A stretch of 64,000 bases of DNA from a virus: positions 1-64,000 of the IMG/VR virus record IMGVR_UViG_3300015371_000011; one strand, 5' to 3'. Positions within the stretch are counted from its first letter, which is position 1. Each line of letters opens with the position of its first letter. Of the stretch, positions 16,447-24,968 are shown piece after piece. Under the pieces are notes generated by a model. It saw only the letters and a list, made by a program, of their open reading frames with translations. It had not been told where the DNA came from and made no database searches. The position numbers and the translations under genes are program-made.

Positions 16447-18963
16447 TCATTTAAACTCTGGCTGGATAAGCCTGACAACGGCGTCCAAATCCTCTTCGCT
16501 TGTCCACTCCACATCGTCATCAGAGGTGACGAAAGTGTCGATGCTACGGCAATTAAAATGCAATGGCGGCGTCAACTTAATGGCCCTTGGGTCATCTTTC
16601 TTGAATGTAATACCATCGGCTAACTGGCACACCTCGGTCGTGCGGTCATCCAGTATGCTCGAATGCTCGAAGCCCACAACGAAATCGGCTGCGGCATCAG
16701 CTACCGCCGCGCGCCCCTGTGCTATGGCCGTGGTGCTCTCTGTGCGTATGATGTTTTCTAATCGGTAAGGTTTCAGCACGTCGGCTTCGGTCTGGCTTAT
16801 GCCCGACGGCTCAATCTTGGTCGGGTCGCCAATCCACGGCTCGAATATTGAGCGCAAATCGCCCATCGCCTCATTCATGGTGCGCCCGCCCTTGAGCGTT
16901 TCAAAGATTGAAAACTTGGCGTCGCGGGTTAGCTCGTCATCAACAATGCCCTTGATAAGCAATGCGCGGTTGTGAAAATAGTTGCCCGCTATGTCGGGAC
17001 GGAAGGCGACGGCGTAGGATTTTAGGTTTTCAAGTTTGGCCACAGGCAATGGCAAATAAACTACAATGTAATCGTCAATTTGCTCGTGAATCTTAATCTC
17101 TCTTATGGGTTTTAGCATGTCAGTCGTAGACGCGAGTTTCATGAAATCACCTTCGCGCCTACTATAGACTTGCGCTTTCACCAACCATTCAGGTTTAATT
17201 TGCGCAACAGTCCAACTCCCAGGGGTACGTTTATCATTTGCAATAGTTTCTGATTTAGGGATATGGACTTCAACAATAGCAAATTCAGGCTCACCCTTAA
17301 CTTGCGCGGCCAACTCGCCAAACTTATACGCTGTTGCTGGATTTTGTGCGATGAAAACCTCATGCTCTAATTCGCCAATTCTTGTGTAGCCTTCCCAATT
17401 CTTGAATTTGCCGGTAACTACGCCTTCCTTAATAATATCGGGTAAGCGACTCGCTAACGTACCATGCCAGCCTGTGAGATATGGCTTGCTGCTACTGCCA
17501 CCTTCGCCCCTTGGCTGACTCCCACCAACTTGCCCTGGCCTGCCTTCATGGTCAGGAAATGAATACCGCTTCATGCCCTGCAACTTGACACGCAATTTTT
17601 CTGGCAACTCGGCTATGGCCGCGTCACGGTTACGCCGCCACACGTCCATCAAGTACGCCTCCACGGCATTCTGAAACTCGTGGCCCGTATTGACGCGTAC
17701 CGATTGCGCAAACTCGGCGCTGAGCGGCCCTTGCTGCGCCTGTCTTTCTACGAGTTGCGTGAGCGCATCGCGCGCCGCCGTGATGTAGGTACGCAGCGCT
17801 ATGCTCAGGCGCACGGCGTCCTTGTTGTAGATGTCCTTGATTTGCTGGAAGTCGGTGCGGGATTCGGCGGCGGAGAATTGTTGTTTAGAATGCCGCGGCG
17901 GTGCTTTGATTCGTGGCTGCGGGTCATAGCCCCATTCATGGATTGAATCGCCGTTTGTAAATATGTCACGCGCACTAACGCGCTTCATCAAGATTCTATA
18001 CTTGCCATCAAACTGCGAATCTCCATGCTCCTTGGCGTACTCCCTATTGATCGTCACCCAATCGCCAGGATTGATAGCTATTTTCTGTTTCTCCTGTATC
18101 GGCAATGCCTTGAGCCTGTCCATTTCTTTAGAGATAAAATCGTAGTGTGCGCTGCTATTCTTACCGACTTGCTGCACGCCTGGCGGCACCTTGCCATGCT
18201 TCAGGATATACGCCTTTTGCTTTTCGTAGTCCGTTATCAATTCTTCATTGGTTAGATTTTTCGGCACGGCGCGATAAATGGCTACCGTGGCGTTAGGCTT
18301 GCCATGCATGCTCTGGATAATCGCAATGGATTGTCTATCCATCGGATTACCGCCGCCGTAGTGGCCGTAATATTCAGCGGCCTTTGGCCCATAAATATCT
18401 TCAGGATATGTGTTGGCTAAATCGTGCAGCGGCGAGCCACTATCGCGCATTGGCGCGGTATGTAACCCGCGATAATCTTCGCCTTCTTTACCTTTGCCCG
18501 GCTCGCCCGTTGGTGAGCATGAATTGTCTATGCCACCACCCTCGCCCGTCGGGCAAAACGCATAGCCCTTAACTTCGCGGTACTTGTCATACAACCTCAG
18601 CCCCACGCTGCCCGGCGTCATGTCCAGCGCGCCTAGCCACGGGTCGAGGGCGTCCATGTACGCCTTGCCTTGATTGTGCGCCGCAAACTCCCAGCTGTGC
18701 TCAAGCCGCATGGCCTCGCTGTAAGCCGTCTGTGCATCCACGCCCTGTTGCTCCAGCCACCACTGAAACTTGCGCCGCTTCTCTTCTAGGTTCGTGAAGT
18801 CAAAGCCCATCAGCGCCATGCGGTAGCCGTAGCCCTTGGCCGCGGTGGCGTAGGCGAAGCGCTCAGGCTTCTTCGGCACCGCACGCAGTGGACGCTCCCG
18901 CTCAAGGCGCAACTGGCTAAGCTGAATCAGGCGGCTTAGAAATTGATTGCTGTCAGTCTGCAC
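16447..18963 (-). CDS. MuF (SPP1 gp7-like) head morphogenesis protein with two inserted ADP-ribosyltransferase-like domains
   Basis: RLENIIRTE..LDDRTTEVC..PPLHFNCRS; inserts IYRAVP..GDWVT..EWGY and WHGT..EG..VF. Confidence 0.85.
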   Translation of the reverse strand: MQTDSNQFLSRLIQLSQLRLERERPLRAVPKKPERFAYATAAKGYGYRMALMGFDFTNLEEKRRKFQWWLEQQGVDAQTAYSEAMRLEHSWEFAAHNQGKAYMDALDPWLGALDMTPGSVGLRLYDKYREVKGYAFCPTGEGGGIDNSCSPTGEPGKGKEGEDYRGLHTAPMRDSGSPLHDLANTYPEDIYGPKAAEYYGHYGGGNPMDRQSIAIIQSMHGKPNATVAIYRAVPKNLTNEELITDYEKQKAYILKHGKVPPGVQQVGKNSSAHYDFISKEMDRLKALPIQEKQKIAINPGDWVTINREYAKEHGDSQFDGKYRILMKRVSARDIFTNGDSIHEWGYDPQPRIKAPPRHSKQQFSAAESRTDFQQIKDIYNKDAVRLSIALRTYITAARDALTQLVERQAQQGPLSAEFAQSVRVNTGHEFQNAVEAYLMDVWRRNRDAAIAELPEKLRVKLQGMKRYSFPDHEGRPGQVGGSQPRGEGGSSSKPYLTGWHGTLASRLPDIIKEGVVTGKFKNWEGYTRIGELEHEVFIAQNPATAYKFGELAAQVKGEPEFAIVEVHIPKSETIANDKRTPGSWTVAQIKPEWLVKAQVYSRREGDFMKLASTTDMLKPIREIKIHEQIDDYIVVYLPLPVAKLENLKSYAVAFRPDIAGNYFHNRALLIKGIVDDELTRDAKFSIFETLKGGRTMNEAMGDLRSIFEPWIGDPTKIEPSGISQTEADVLKPYRLENIIRTESTTAIAQGRAAVADAAADFVVGFEHSSILDDRTTEVCQLADGITFKKDDPRAIKLTPPLHFNCRSIDTFVTSDDDVEWTSEEDLDAVVRLIQPEFK

Positions 18964-19165
18964 GTTTACTGAATTCTTCTTGCGGTATGATTTCCCGATA
19001 GCCTGCTATCGCCTGCTCATCATCATCTCTCAGCCATACCCTATCATGTCCTTCATCAAATCCGTGATAGGCGGGAAATACGCCAAACGTCACACCAGAC
19101 CAATAATCGTCAGGGTCAAATGTCACACGCACAAAACACTTGCACGTGTGACAAATAACCAGCAT
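18953..19165 (-). CDS. Hypothetical protein
   Basis: CxxC; coupled. Confidence 0.55.
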   Translation of the reverse strand: MLVICHTCKCFVRVTFDPDDYWSGVTFGVFPAYHGFDEGHDRVWLRDDDEQAIAGYREIIPQEEFSKRAD

Positions 19166-19166
19166 G

Positions 19167-19390
19167 TCACGCCGTGGGCGTCACGTTGTGCTTATCGCTT
19201 AGCCGCTGCAGATTGGCCGTCATGTCGGCGATTGTCTGCGTGGCGTCGGCCTTCTCCTCGTCCGTGCTGGCCGGGTCGTCCAGTACCGCCTGAGCCGAGA
19301 CTATAACAGCCTGAAAATGATTAGCCTGTTTTTGCCACTGCGCCCCTGCCTTACCGTGTCCTGCTGGTCATCCATGTCATACGGGTTCAC
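19167..19390 (-). pseudogene. Frameshifted small helical protein, paralog of 16162..16371
   Basis: GTGA-coupled start; 224 nt (1 nt short); a -1 shift at CAG GGG gives ..TIADMTANLQRL.. Confidence 0.6.
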
Positions 19391-19566
19391 GGTTTAATCG
19401 TCGTCGAAGTCCCAATCACCTTTGCCGCTTTTCTTGCCGCTGCTCTTCTTATCGCTCTTGGACGAAGGCTTCTCTCGCCTTTCTTCTTTCTCCTCATCTT
19501 CTTCTTCCTCTCGTCGGGGTGTTGTGCCATAAAATCCTCCGGGTTAATGGTTATTATTCTGCGCAT
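19387..19566 (-). CDS. Highly basic small protein
   Basis: RKKKMRRKKKG..RRAAARKAAK. Confidence 0.55.
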   Translation of the reverse strand: MRRIITINPEDFMAQHPDERKKKMRRKKKGERSLRPRAIRRAAARKAAKVIGTSTTIKP

Positions 19567-19570
19567 CACG

Positions 19571-19870
19571 CTACCACCCATGCTTTTCTATTTTCTCTTT
19601 TACTTCCAATGCCGTGCCTTCAATGATGATCGGTTTGCCCTTATCCACGGTAATCGTGAGTTTTACGCGGTCGGTATGCCAAATTGGCGGAACTAAATCA
19701 TGCGGTGCCACTTGAAACACCGTACCCGAATACGGCGATGTATACGTCTTGCCCTTTATTTTGTAAGTGGACCACACTTCGCGTGACGGCCAATATTCCG
19801 CACGCATCTTTGTCTTGTGCTGCGGCGTGACTTGCACAATCTGCGACACAAGCCGTTTCGGTTTAGCCAC
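19571..19870 (-). CDS. Hypothetical protein
   Basis: Coupled to the portal stop. Confidence 0.6.
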   Translation of the reverse strand: MAKPKRLVSQIVQVTPQHKTKMRAEYWPSREVWSTYKIKGKTYTSPYSGTVFQVAPHDLVPPIWHTDRVKLTITVDKGKPIIIEGTALEVKEKIEKHGW

Positions 19871-21425
19871 GCAAACTCTCCACGTACTCTATCAACTGCG
19901 CCTCTTGCTCCGCACTAAATGATTGCTTATCCGCCGTGGGCTTAGGCGGCTGATTGCCGTTGCCATTGCCGCTAGCCTTGGGCACCTGTGGCCCTGCACC
20001 ATTACCATTAGCCGTGGGCTGTCCGAGTGCCATTGGCCCGCCAGCCTTGGCCATCTCTAACTCGTTGTCCATGTTGGCCTGGTCTATCTCTGCCTGCTGG
20101 TCGGTAATCTCTTGCGGTAGCGGCTCGAAATTAATCAAATCGCGCAGCTTGCCCTCGTCCTCTGGGCCCTTGGTGAGCGCGCCGGCCGATAGGCCCATCA
20201 AGAATAACTCGAATTGGCGCTGGCGTGCCTCTTCTGTGACTTCCTTGAATTTAAACAGCGGGTACATGCCGTGCTCAATGTCATAATTGAAATCGAGTAG
20301 CGGCTTGACTAGCTGCTCGTTGATGACGGTCTCTATATCACGCCGCAGTTGATTCAAGATCCACAGAAACGCGTCAAACTCCTTTACCGCACGCGCGAAA
20401 CTACCCGTCTGTTGCTCGCCGCTTAAACCCATCAATCCAGGCATCATTATGGCCACGCGTATGAGCTGGTCATAATAGTCCAGCGCGGGCATGAAGGCTT
20501 CGCCCGCACGCTGTGGCGGTTGTAATAGCTGCAGCACTATGGCTTCGGGCAGGATGATGCCGCTACGCGTTTGCAAGTTTTTCAAGAATTGCTCCAGGTC
20601 GTAGCGCTGATCGTCGTCAATTATGCCTTTGTATGTGGCTGTGGCTATCGGCTCGGCGTAGCGCTCTAATGCAATCGGCAGCATGCGCATCACGTTATCC
20701 TTGCACCAGTAGGCGCGGTATGCGGCCCTTAAGTCTGATTCGCCGTAATAATTGCCAAATGTGCCGTTATGACTGTAGATGATAAACTTCCAGGCCGGCA
20801 TCTTAACCATGTTTTGCCAGACGCCGTTTTGGGTCAGGTCGCCTGCGCTATCCATCTCGAATTCAATGTCGTCAGGCGGACGCGTCTTTAGATCCTTAAC
20901 GCCCCACATACCCTCAAACGGGCCATAGTCTATCTTCCAATAGACTTGCTCCGTGACCGAGTAGCCGTAGACCATAGCCGTCATGATGTCTAATAGCTTC
21001 GATTCGAAACTACCCTTCATCTCATTAAGGTTGAATTCGGCAAAGTCGGTATATTCATCCACCGCCTTGTCAGTCTCCTGGTCAGGCAACTCAGGCTTGC
21101 GTATCTCATAGCCCGTGCTTAGCACCGCATATTTCTTGGCGTTGAGCGCGGCTTTGACCTGCTCATCTTCAAGGTACATTTTGCGATATATGCGGATGCC
21201 CTTGCGGTTGGCCAGCTCATCGGGATTGTACGGCGTGGGCGTGAAACTGTTGCGCATGCCGCCGAGCACCGACACGCCGAAGTAACTCCCCGCGCTCGAT
21301 ACCACGCCCGCCTTGGGCACCGCAGGCTGTGTTGACTGGTACGTGGCTGGCACAGGCGGCGATTTTTGCCGTTTTTGGCCTGATTTTGCTATTACTTTAG
21401 GCTTTGGTTTAGCTCTTTTTGCCAT
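19863..21425 (-). CDS. Portal protein (Mu gp29/DUF935-like)
   Basis: AMVYGYSVTEQVY..YGESDLRAAY..LERYAEP..GSFARA..INEQLVKPL..PLFKF. Confidence 0.9.
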   Translation of the reverse strand: MAKRAKPKPKVIAKSGQKRQKSPPVPATYQSTQPAVPKAGVVSSAGSYFGVSVLGGMRNSFTPTPYNPDELANRKGIRIYRKMYLEDEQVKAALNAKKYAVLSTGYEIRKPELPDQETDKAVDEYTDFAEFNLNEMKGSFESKLLDIMTAMVYGYSVTEQVYWKIDYGPFEGMWGVKDLKTRPPDDIEFEMDSAGDLTQNGVWQNMVKMPAWKFIIYSHNGTFGNYYGESDLRAAYRAYWCKDNVMRMLPIALERYAEPIATATYKGIIDDDQRYDLEQFLKNLQTRSGIILPEAIVLQLLQPPQRAGEAFMPALDYYDQLIRVAIMMPGLMGLSGEQQTGSFARAVKEFDAFLWILNQLRRDIETVINEQLVKPLLDFNYDIEHGMYPLFKFKEVTEEARQRQFELFLMGLSAGALTKGPEDEGKLRDLINFEPLPQEITDQQAEIDQANMDNELEMAKAGGPMALGQPTANGNGAGPQVPKASGNGNGNQPPKPTADKQSFSAEQEAQLIEYVESLRG

Positions 21426-21442
21426 TTGCGGCTATTTACCTA

Positions 21443-21478
21443 TTGAAACGTGACTTTTGGGTTGTGTATAAGTATAAA
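21443..21478 (+). promoter_or_regulatory. Sigma70-like promoter on the plus strand
   Basis: TTGAAA-18-TATAAG with extended TG; alternatively GTGACT-17-TATAAA. Confidence 0.45.
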
Positions 21479-21481
21479 TTA

Positions 21482-21590
21482 GGGTTGCGAACCCAAGGCG
21501 GAGCGGTCAGCGGGAGACAGGGGCCGGGCGAACGATAAGCGCCGATTAAATACAGGCCGTCTCATAGGACACTTTGGCCGCTCCGCCTTT
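21482..21590 (+). ncRNA. Candidate structured small RNA
   Basis: 16-bp closing stem 21495-21510/21574-21589 (two G-U pairs), nested GAGAC/GTCTC, GGCC/GGCC and GGCG/CGCC stems. Confidence 0.5.
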
Positions 21591-21793
21591 CACATCCACT
21601 TCTCCTGCCTTTGCATGAACGCATCCTCACTGCCGCATAGCATGATATACTCATCCGCCTCTTGTGAAAACATGAATTTTGCCACCTGCTTGTCCACGCC
21701 GTAGATATTGCCGTTCTCGTCGGGCATCGTGCGGTCAATATAGTCCAGCGCGGATTCAATAAAGCGAAATGAAAAACAGGATCGGGTCAGCAT
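21590..21793 (-). CDS. Hypothetical protein
   Basis: Coupled ORF. Confidence 0.55.
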   Translation of the reverse strand: MLTRSCFSFRFIESALDYIDRTMPDENGNIYGVDKQVAKFMFSQEADEYIMLCGSEDAFMQRQEKWM

Positions 21794-22110
21794 GGCAATC
21801 CTCTACTCACAAGCCACTGCCGTGCTTCGGTGTGCCGTTTCAACTGCACATCTTTATAACGCTTAGGTGCACACGCATTTAGCATCTCATATGCTTGCCT
21901 AACGACCTCGCGCTCGATTATTTCAAACTCGCTGCCATTAAAGTATTTGGCCAATTCATTACGGTCACGAAACCGATAGAGCATCTTTTGTGCTAGTTGC
22001 CGTATGCGTTCGCTTGTTACGCCGAATTGCTGCCCCACTTCGTCCAGACCGTGACCTTCTAAATAAACCATGCGTAAAATGACTAAGCTGCGAGCAAAGA
22101 ATAAATCCAC
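21787..22110 (-). CDS. Sigma70 region-4-like HTH protein
   Basis: LDEVGQQFGVTSERIRQL. Confidence 0.75.
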   Translation of the reverse strand: MDLFFARSLVILRMVYLEGHGLDEVGQQFGVTSERIRQLAQKMLYRFRDRNELAKYFNGSEFEIIEREVVRQAYEMLNACAPKRYKDVQLKRHTEARQWLVSRGLPC

Positions 22111-22114
22111 CTGA

Positions 22115-24580
22115 TTACCAATCCGGCCGTAGCCGCTCGCCTACCATGAATATGGCCTTAGTGTTTATTGGCGGCACGCCAGTCAGCTCGTTGAAGGCGC
22201 CCGTGCAGGCGTCTACGATGTCGTCATGGCCGCCGCCTGGAAATAACTGAAACTCATCCAGCGCGTCTTTATTCCAGTGCGCAGCGAGCATATGGACATT
22301 GCCCGCTTCCGCCTGTGACGCTAGTGCGTTGGCTCTGATCTCTTTCGGCCCTGTCACCTTATCACCCTTGAAATCGTAGCCGGCGAGAAATGACGTATAG
22401 TCCGCAATCACCTTAACGCCGCTGTTATGGACAGCAAAATCTTTAACGGTAAAACTATGGCCACCGTCCACCGTTAAACATCGACACGGAAGCGTTTCTC
22501 CCTGTTTAACGATTTCAATGATCGGATCGGCTATATGATTCTCAAAAAATCGCTCCCTAGTTTGTGCATGATCCAATAGCAATCCAGCCTTCTTGCCGTA
22601 AACAGGGATTTGTTCGCAGAATCGAGCCTGCCCATCATTGCTCTTTCGTATTTCTAAGCGGTACATCGTCTGACGACGTTCTCTAAATTGTTTGTCTCGA
22701 TAAACCCGCTCTCGAATCACAGATGGAATCCCAAATCTCAACAACAAATGACGGACACCGTGAAGCAATGCATAGCTTGTCCCATAAAACTCAATGCTCA
22801 GCCCATTGCCATAATAAATTGAGCCATCGGTAGCGAAATATGCTCCTAAAAAATGCGCTACTAAATCATTCGGCGCATTGAACACCCATTGCGGGACGAC
22901 CTTTGTTTCTGTGCGCTTGCCAGCTAAGTCTACATTGCGCAACCAATCACGCACTCCACCTGATAACTTGCAATGCCAATGTTGTGAGCCAGCCCATCTT
23001 GTTTTAAACCCAAGCACTTCAGCACAATGATTTATGTCTTCTTTAAGAATCATATCTGAGCAGGTAATCATCGCGTGAATAGATGAGCCGTCAGCTACAT
23101 AAGTGCAGCATCCGTCGCCAACAAAATATCCAGCTAAGCGAAACTCCTCGGCGATACGAGATGATACACCCTGAATTTCTGGCCGTGACGTTAATCCAAG
23201 ACTCTGTCCGACTTTTAACAATCCCGCTTTGATCCAGCCGGTTGGCGTAAGAAATGGATGCTCCAATGCTGCCGTCACCGAGCGACCACTTTCTGTCTTA
23301 ATGGTGACAACAGTTAATTCGCCCTGTTCATGCACTTTGGAGACAATTCGCCTCTGACCGTACCCATCAATGATAGAATCATTAACGCGAATTTCTTTTA
23401 ACGGCTTGATTGAGCCGTCCGCCATTAAAACTTCCTCTTCTTCCCAAATAGGCGAACCCGGTTCTTGCTCCATGCGGATAGCCACATTACCGTAATTCTG
23501 TCGGTCAGTCTGCGCCGTCTGCATAATGAGTTGATCGACTTTATGCGGGCTGATTCTTTGGCGCTGAATGTCGGCTATGAAATACTCCCTGCCATACTGG
23601 CCCACAAGCGCACCCACGGTATAGTCAGGGTCGTTACCTTCTTTCGGCTCCGTTGCGGCACAATCCCAATACCGTACGAATCGCACGCCTTGGACGGGCA
23701 GCACCTGCGCAATCTTAAACCAATGGCGCATAAACTTACCCGCCGCCTGTGCCTCCCAGTCGCCATTCATCACTTGCGCACGCAGTATCGGGTCAAGGTG
23801 GCTCAGGCTGGATTCATACTCTGCAACATTAGCGGTGGGATTGTCGCGGATGCTGGCGGGAATAAATACTGGCGCGTTAGGATCGCCACGACGGTACGGA
23901 TCAACGAAATGCTCTTTGGTCCACAGCCGTCCTTCGCCTATTGGGTTTGATGCCGAGCGCACACGGAGCGGTAGCGGATTGCCTTCGCTTTTACGTAGCC
24001 AACCAAACGGGAATTCATATTGCTGCTTTTTGAACTGAGTAACCTCATCAAACGCTACGTATGTCCAGTTGACGCCCGTATACTGATATTTGTCTCTATC
24101 AGTATCCATAAAACCAAACGTCACCGTGGCACCACTGGGAAACTCATAGCGATTCTTTTCATCTTTCCACTTGGCGTCGGTATCGCTCAGCCACTTATGT
24201 GCAAGGTCCAGTATGGCTTCAGGCTTATTTAACTCCTTGAATGTGCGCCGAATGATAAGCGCGTTGTAATTCGGCTGGTCAGCAAACTGTAACGCAGCCG
24301 CGAGCAGCGCCCAGCTTTTGCCCCCGAATCCTGCCCCGCCATAGAAGGCTTCCTTACAATCGAGCTTTAGAAACTCTTCCTGCTTAGGAAACGGCGTCAT
24401 CTTGATGTACTTATTCAACCGCGGCTTCAGTTGGCCATCTGCCGTCAATATGCACGTCGGCGGGATGAGCGGCAGCCATGGCTCTAGCACCGCCTTCTTG
24501 GCATCCTCTGCGCTCTTGAAGCGTGCAGCAAAGTCGCGGCTTACTGCGGCCCAGTCTATTTGCTCAGCGGTCAAACCCAT
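22115..24580 (-). CDS. terL: Terminase large subunit containing an intein
   Basis: YGGAGFGGKS, FDEVTQF, RSASNP, RYWDCAAT, HDDIVDA. Confidence 0.93.
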   Translation of the reverse strand: MGLTAEQIDWAAVSRDFAARFKSAEDAKKAVLEPWLPLIPPTCILTADGQLKPRLNKYIKMTPFPKQEEFLKLDCKEAFYGGAGFGGKSWALLAAALQFADQPNYNALIIRRTFKELNKPEAILDLAHKWLSDTDAKWKDEKNRYEFPSGATVTFGFMDTDRDKYQYTGVNWTYVAFDEVTQFKKQQYEFPFGWLRKSEGNPLPLRVRSASNPIGEGRLWTKEHFVDPYRRGDPNAPVFIPASIRDNPTANVAEYESSLSHLDPILRAQVMNGDWEAQAAGKFMRHWFKIAQVLPVQGVRFVRYWDCAATEPKEGNDPDYTVGALVGQYGREYFIADIQRQRISPHKVDQLIMQTAQTDRQNYGNVAIRMEQEPGSPIWEEEEVLMADGSIKPLKEIRVNDSIIDGYGQRRIVSKVHEQGELTVVTIKTESGRSVTAALEHPFLTPTGWIKAGLLKVGQSLGLTSRPEIQGVSSRIAEEFRLAGYFVGDGCCTYVADGSSIHAMITCSDMILKEDINHCAEVLGFKTRWAGSQHWHCKLSGGVRDWLRNVDLAGKRTETKVVPQWVFNAPNDLVAHFLGAYFATDGSIYYGNGLSIEFYGTSYALLHGVRHLLLRFGIPSVIRERVYRDKQFRERRQTMYRLEIRKSNDGQARFCEQIPVYGKKAGLLLDHAQTRERFFENHIADPIIEIVKQGETLPCRCLTVDGGHSFTVKDFAVHNSGVKVIADYTSFLAGYDFKGDKVTGPKEIRANALASQAEAGNVHMLAAHWNKDALDEFQLFPGGGHDDIVDACTGAFNELTGVPPINTKAIFMVGERLRPDW
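22424..23452 (-). mobile_element. Intein (343 aa) with LAGLIDADG endonuclease, Pro at position 1
   Basis: EQEPGS|PIWEEEEVLMADGS..EHPFL..W..LAGYFVGDG..FLGAYFATDG..CRCLTV..AVHN|SGVK. Confidence 0.88.
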
Positions 24581-24961
24581 GCGCACAACTCAAATACTGC
24601 AATAGATCAGCAATGTTATGCTTGCCTGACTCGCAAAAATGACAGGATACCTGCGCTTCCAAGTCATCTGATAACGTCAAAATCTTACCATCCTTAACCG
24701 AGCCCTCTTTATTGACCTCACCAAAAATCAACCCTACACCCTTGAAATCACCCGTACACCGACACGCCTCATATGCACGCATACCGTTATAAGCCACTCT
24801 CATGTGTCCTAACTCTTTGCCGAAACATTGCGTTACGGTCCAGAAAATACCATCGCGCCCGCCGTCCGGCTTCCAAAACTGAAACAATGTATTTCGTGGA
24901 GCGATGTGCTGGTTTTTAATCGCAGCATCTAAAATCCCACCATTTATTTGCTCAGCGGTCA
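24557..24961. repeat. 17-bp direct repeat TATTTGCTCAGCGGTCA at 24557-24573 and 24945-24961
   Basis: Exact match read from the sequence. Confidence 0.85.
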
Positions 24962-24968
24962 GAGTCAT
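24564..24968 (-). CDS. Hypothetical protein flanked by 17-bp direct repeats
   Basis: TGATG coupling; begins MTLTAEQI like TerL. Confidence 0.6.
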   Translation of the reverse strand: MTLTAEQINGGILDAAIKNQHIAPRNTLFQFWKPDGGRDGIFWTVTQCFGKELGHMRVAYNGMRAYEACRCTGDFKGVGLIFGEVNKEGSVKDGKILTLSDDLEAQVSCHFCESGKHNIADLLQYLSCAHGFDR

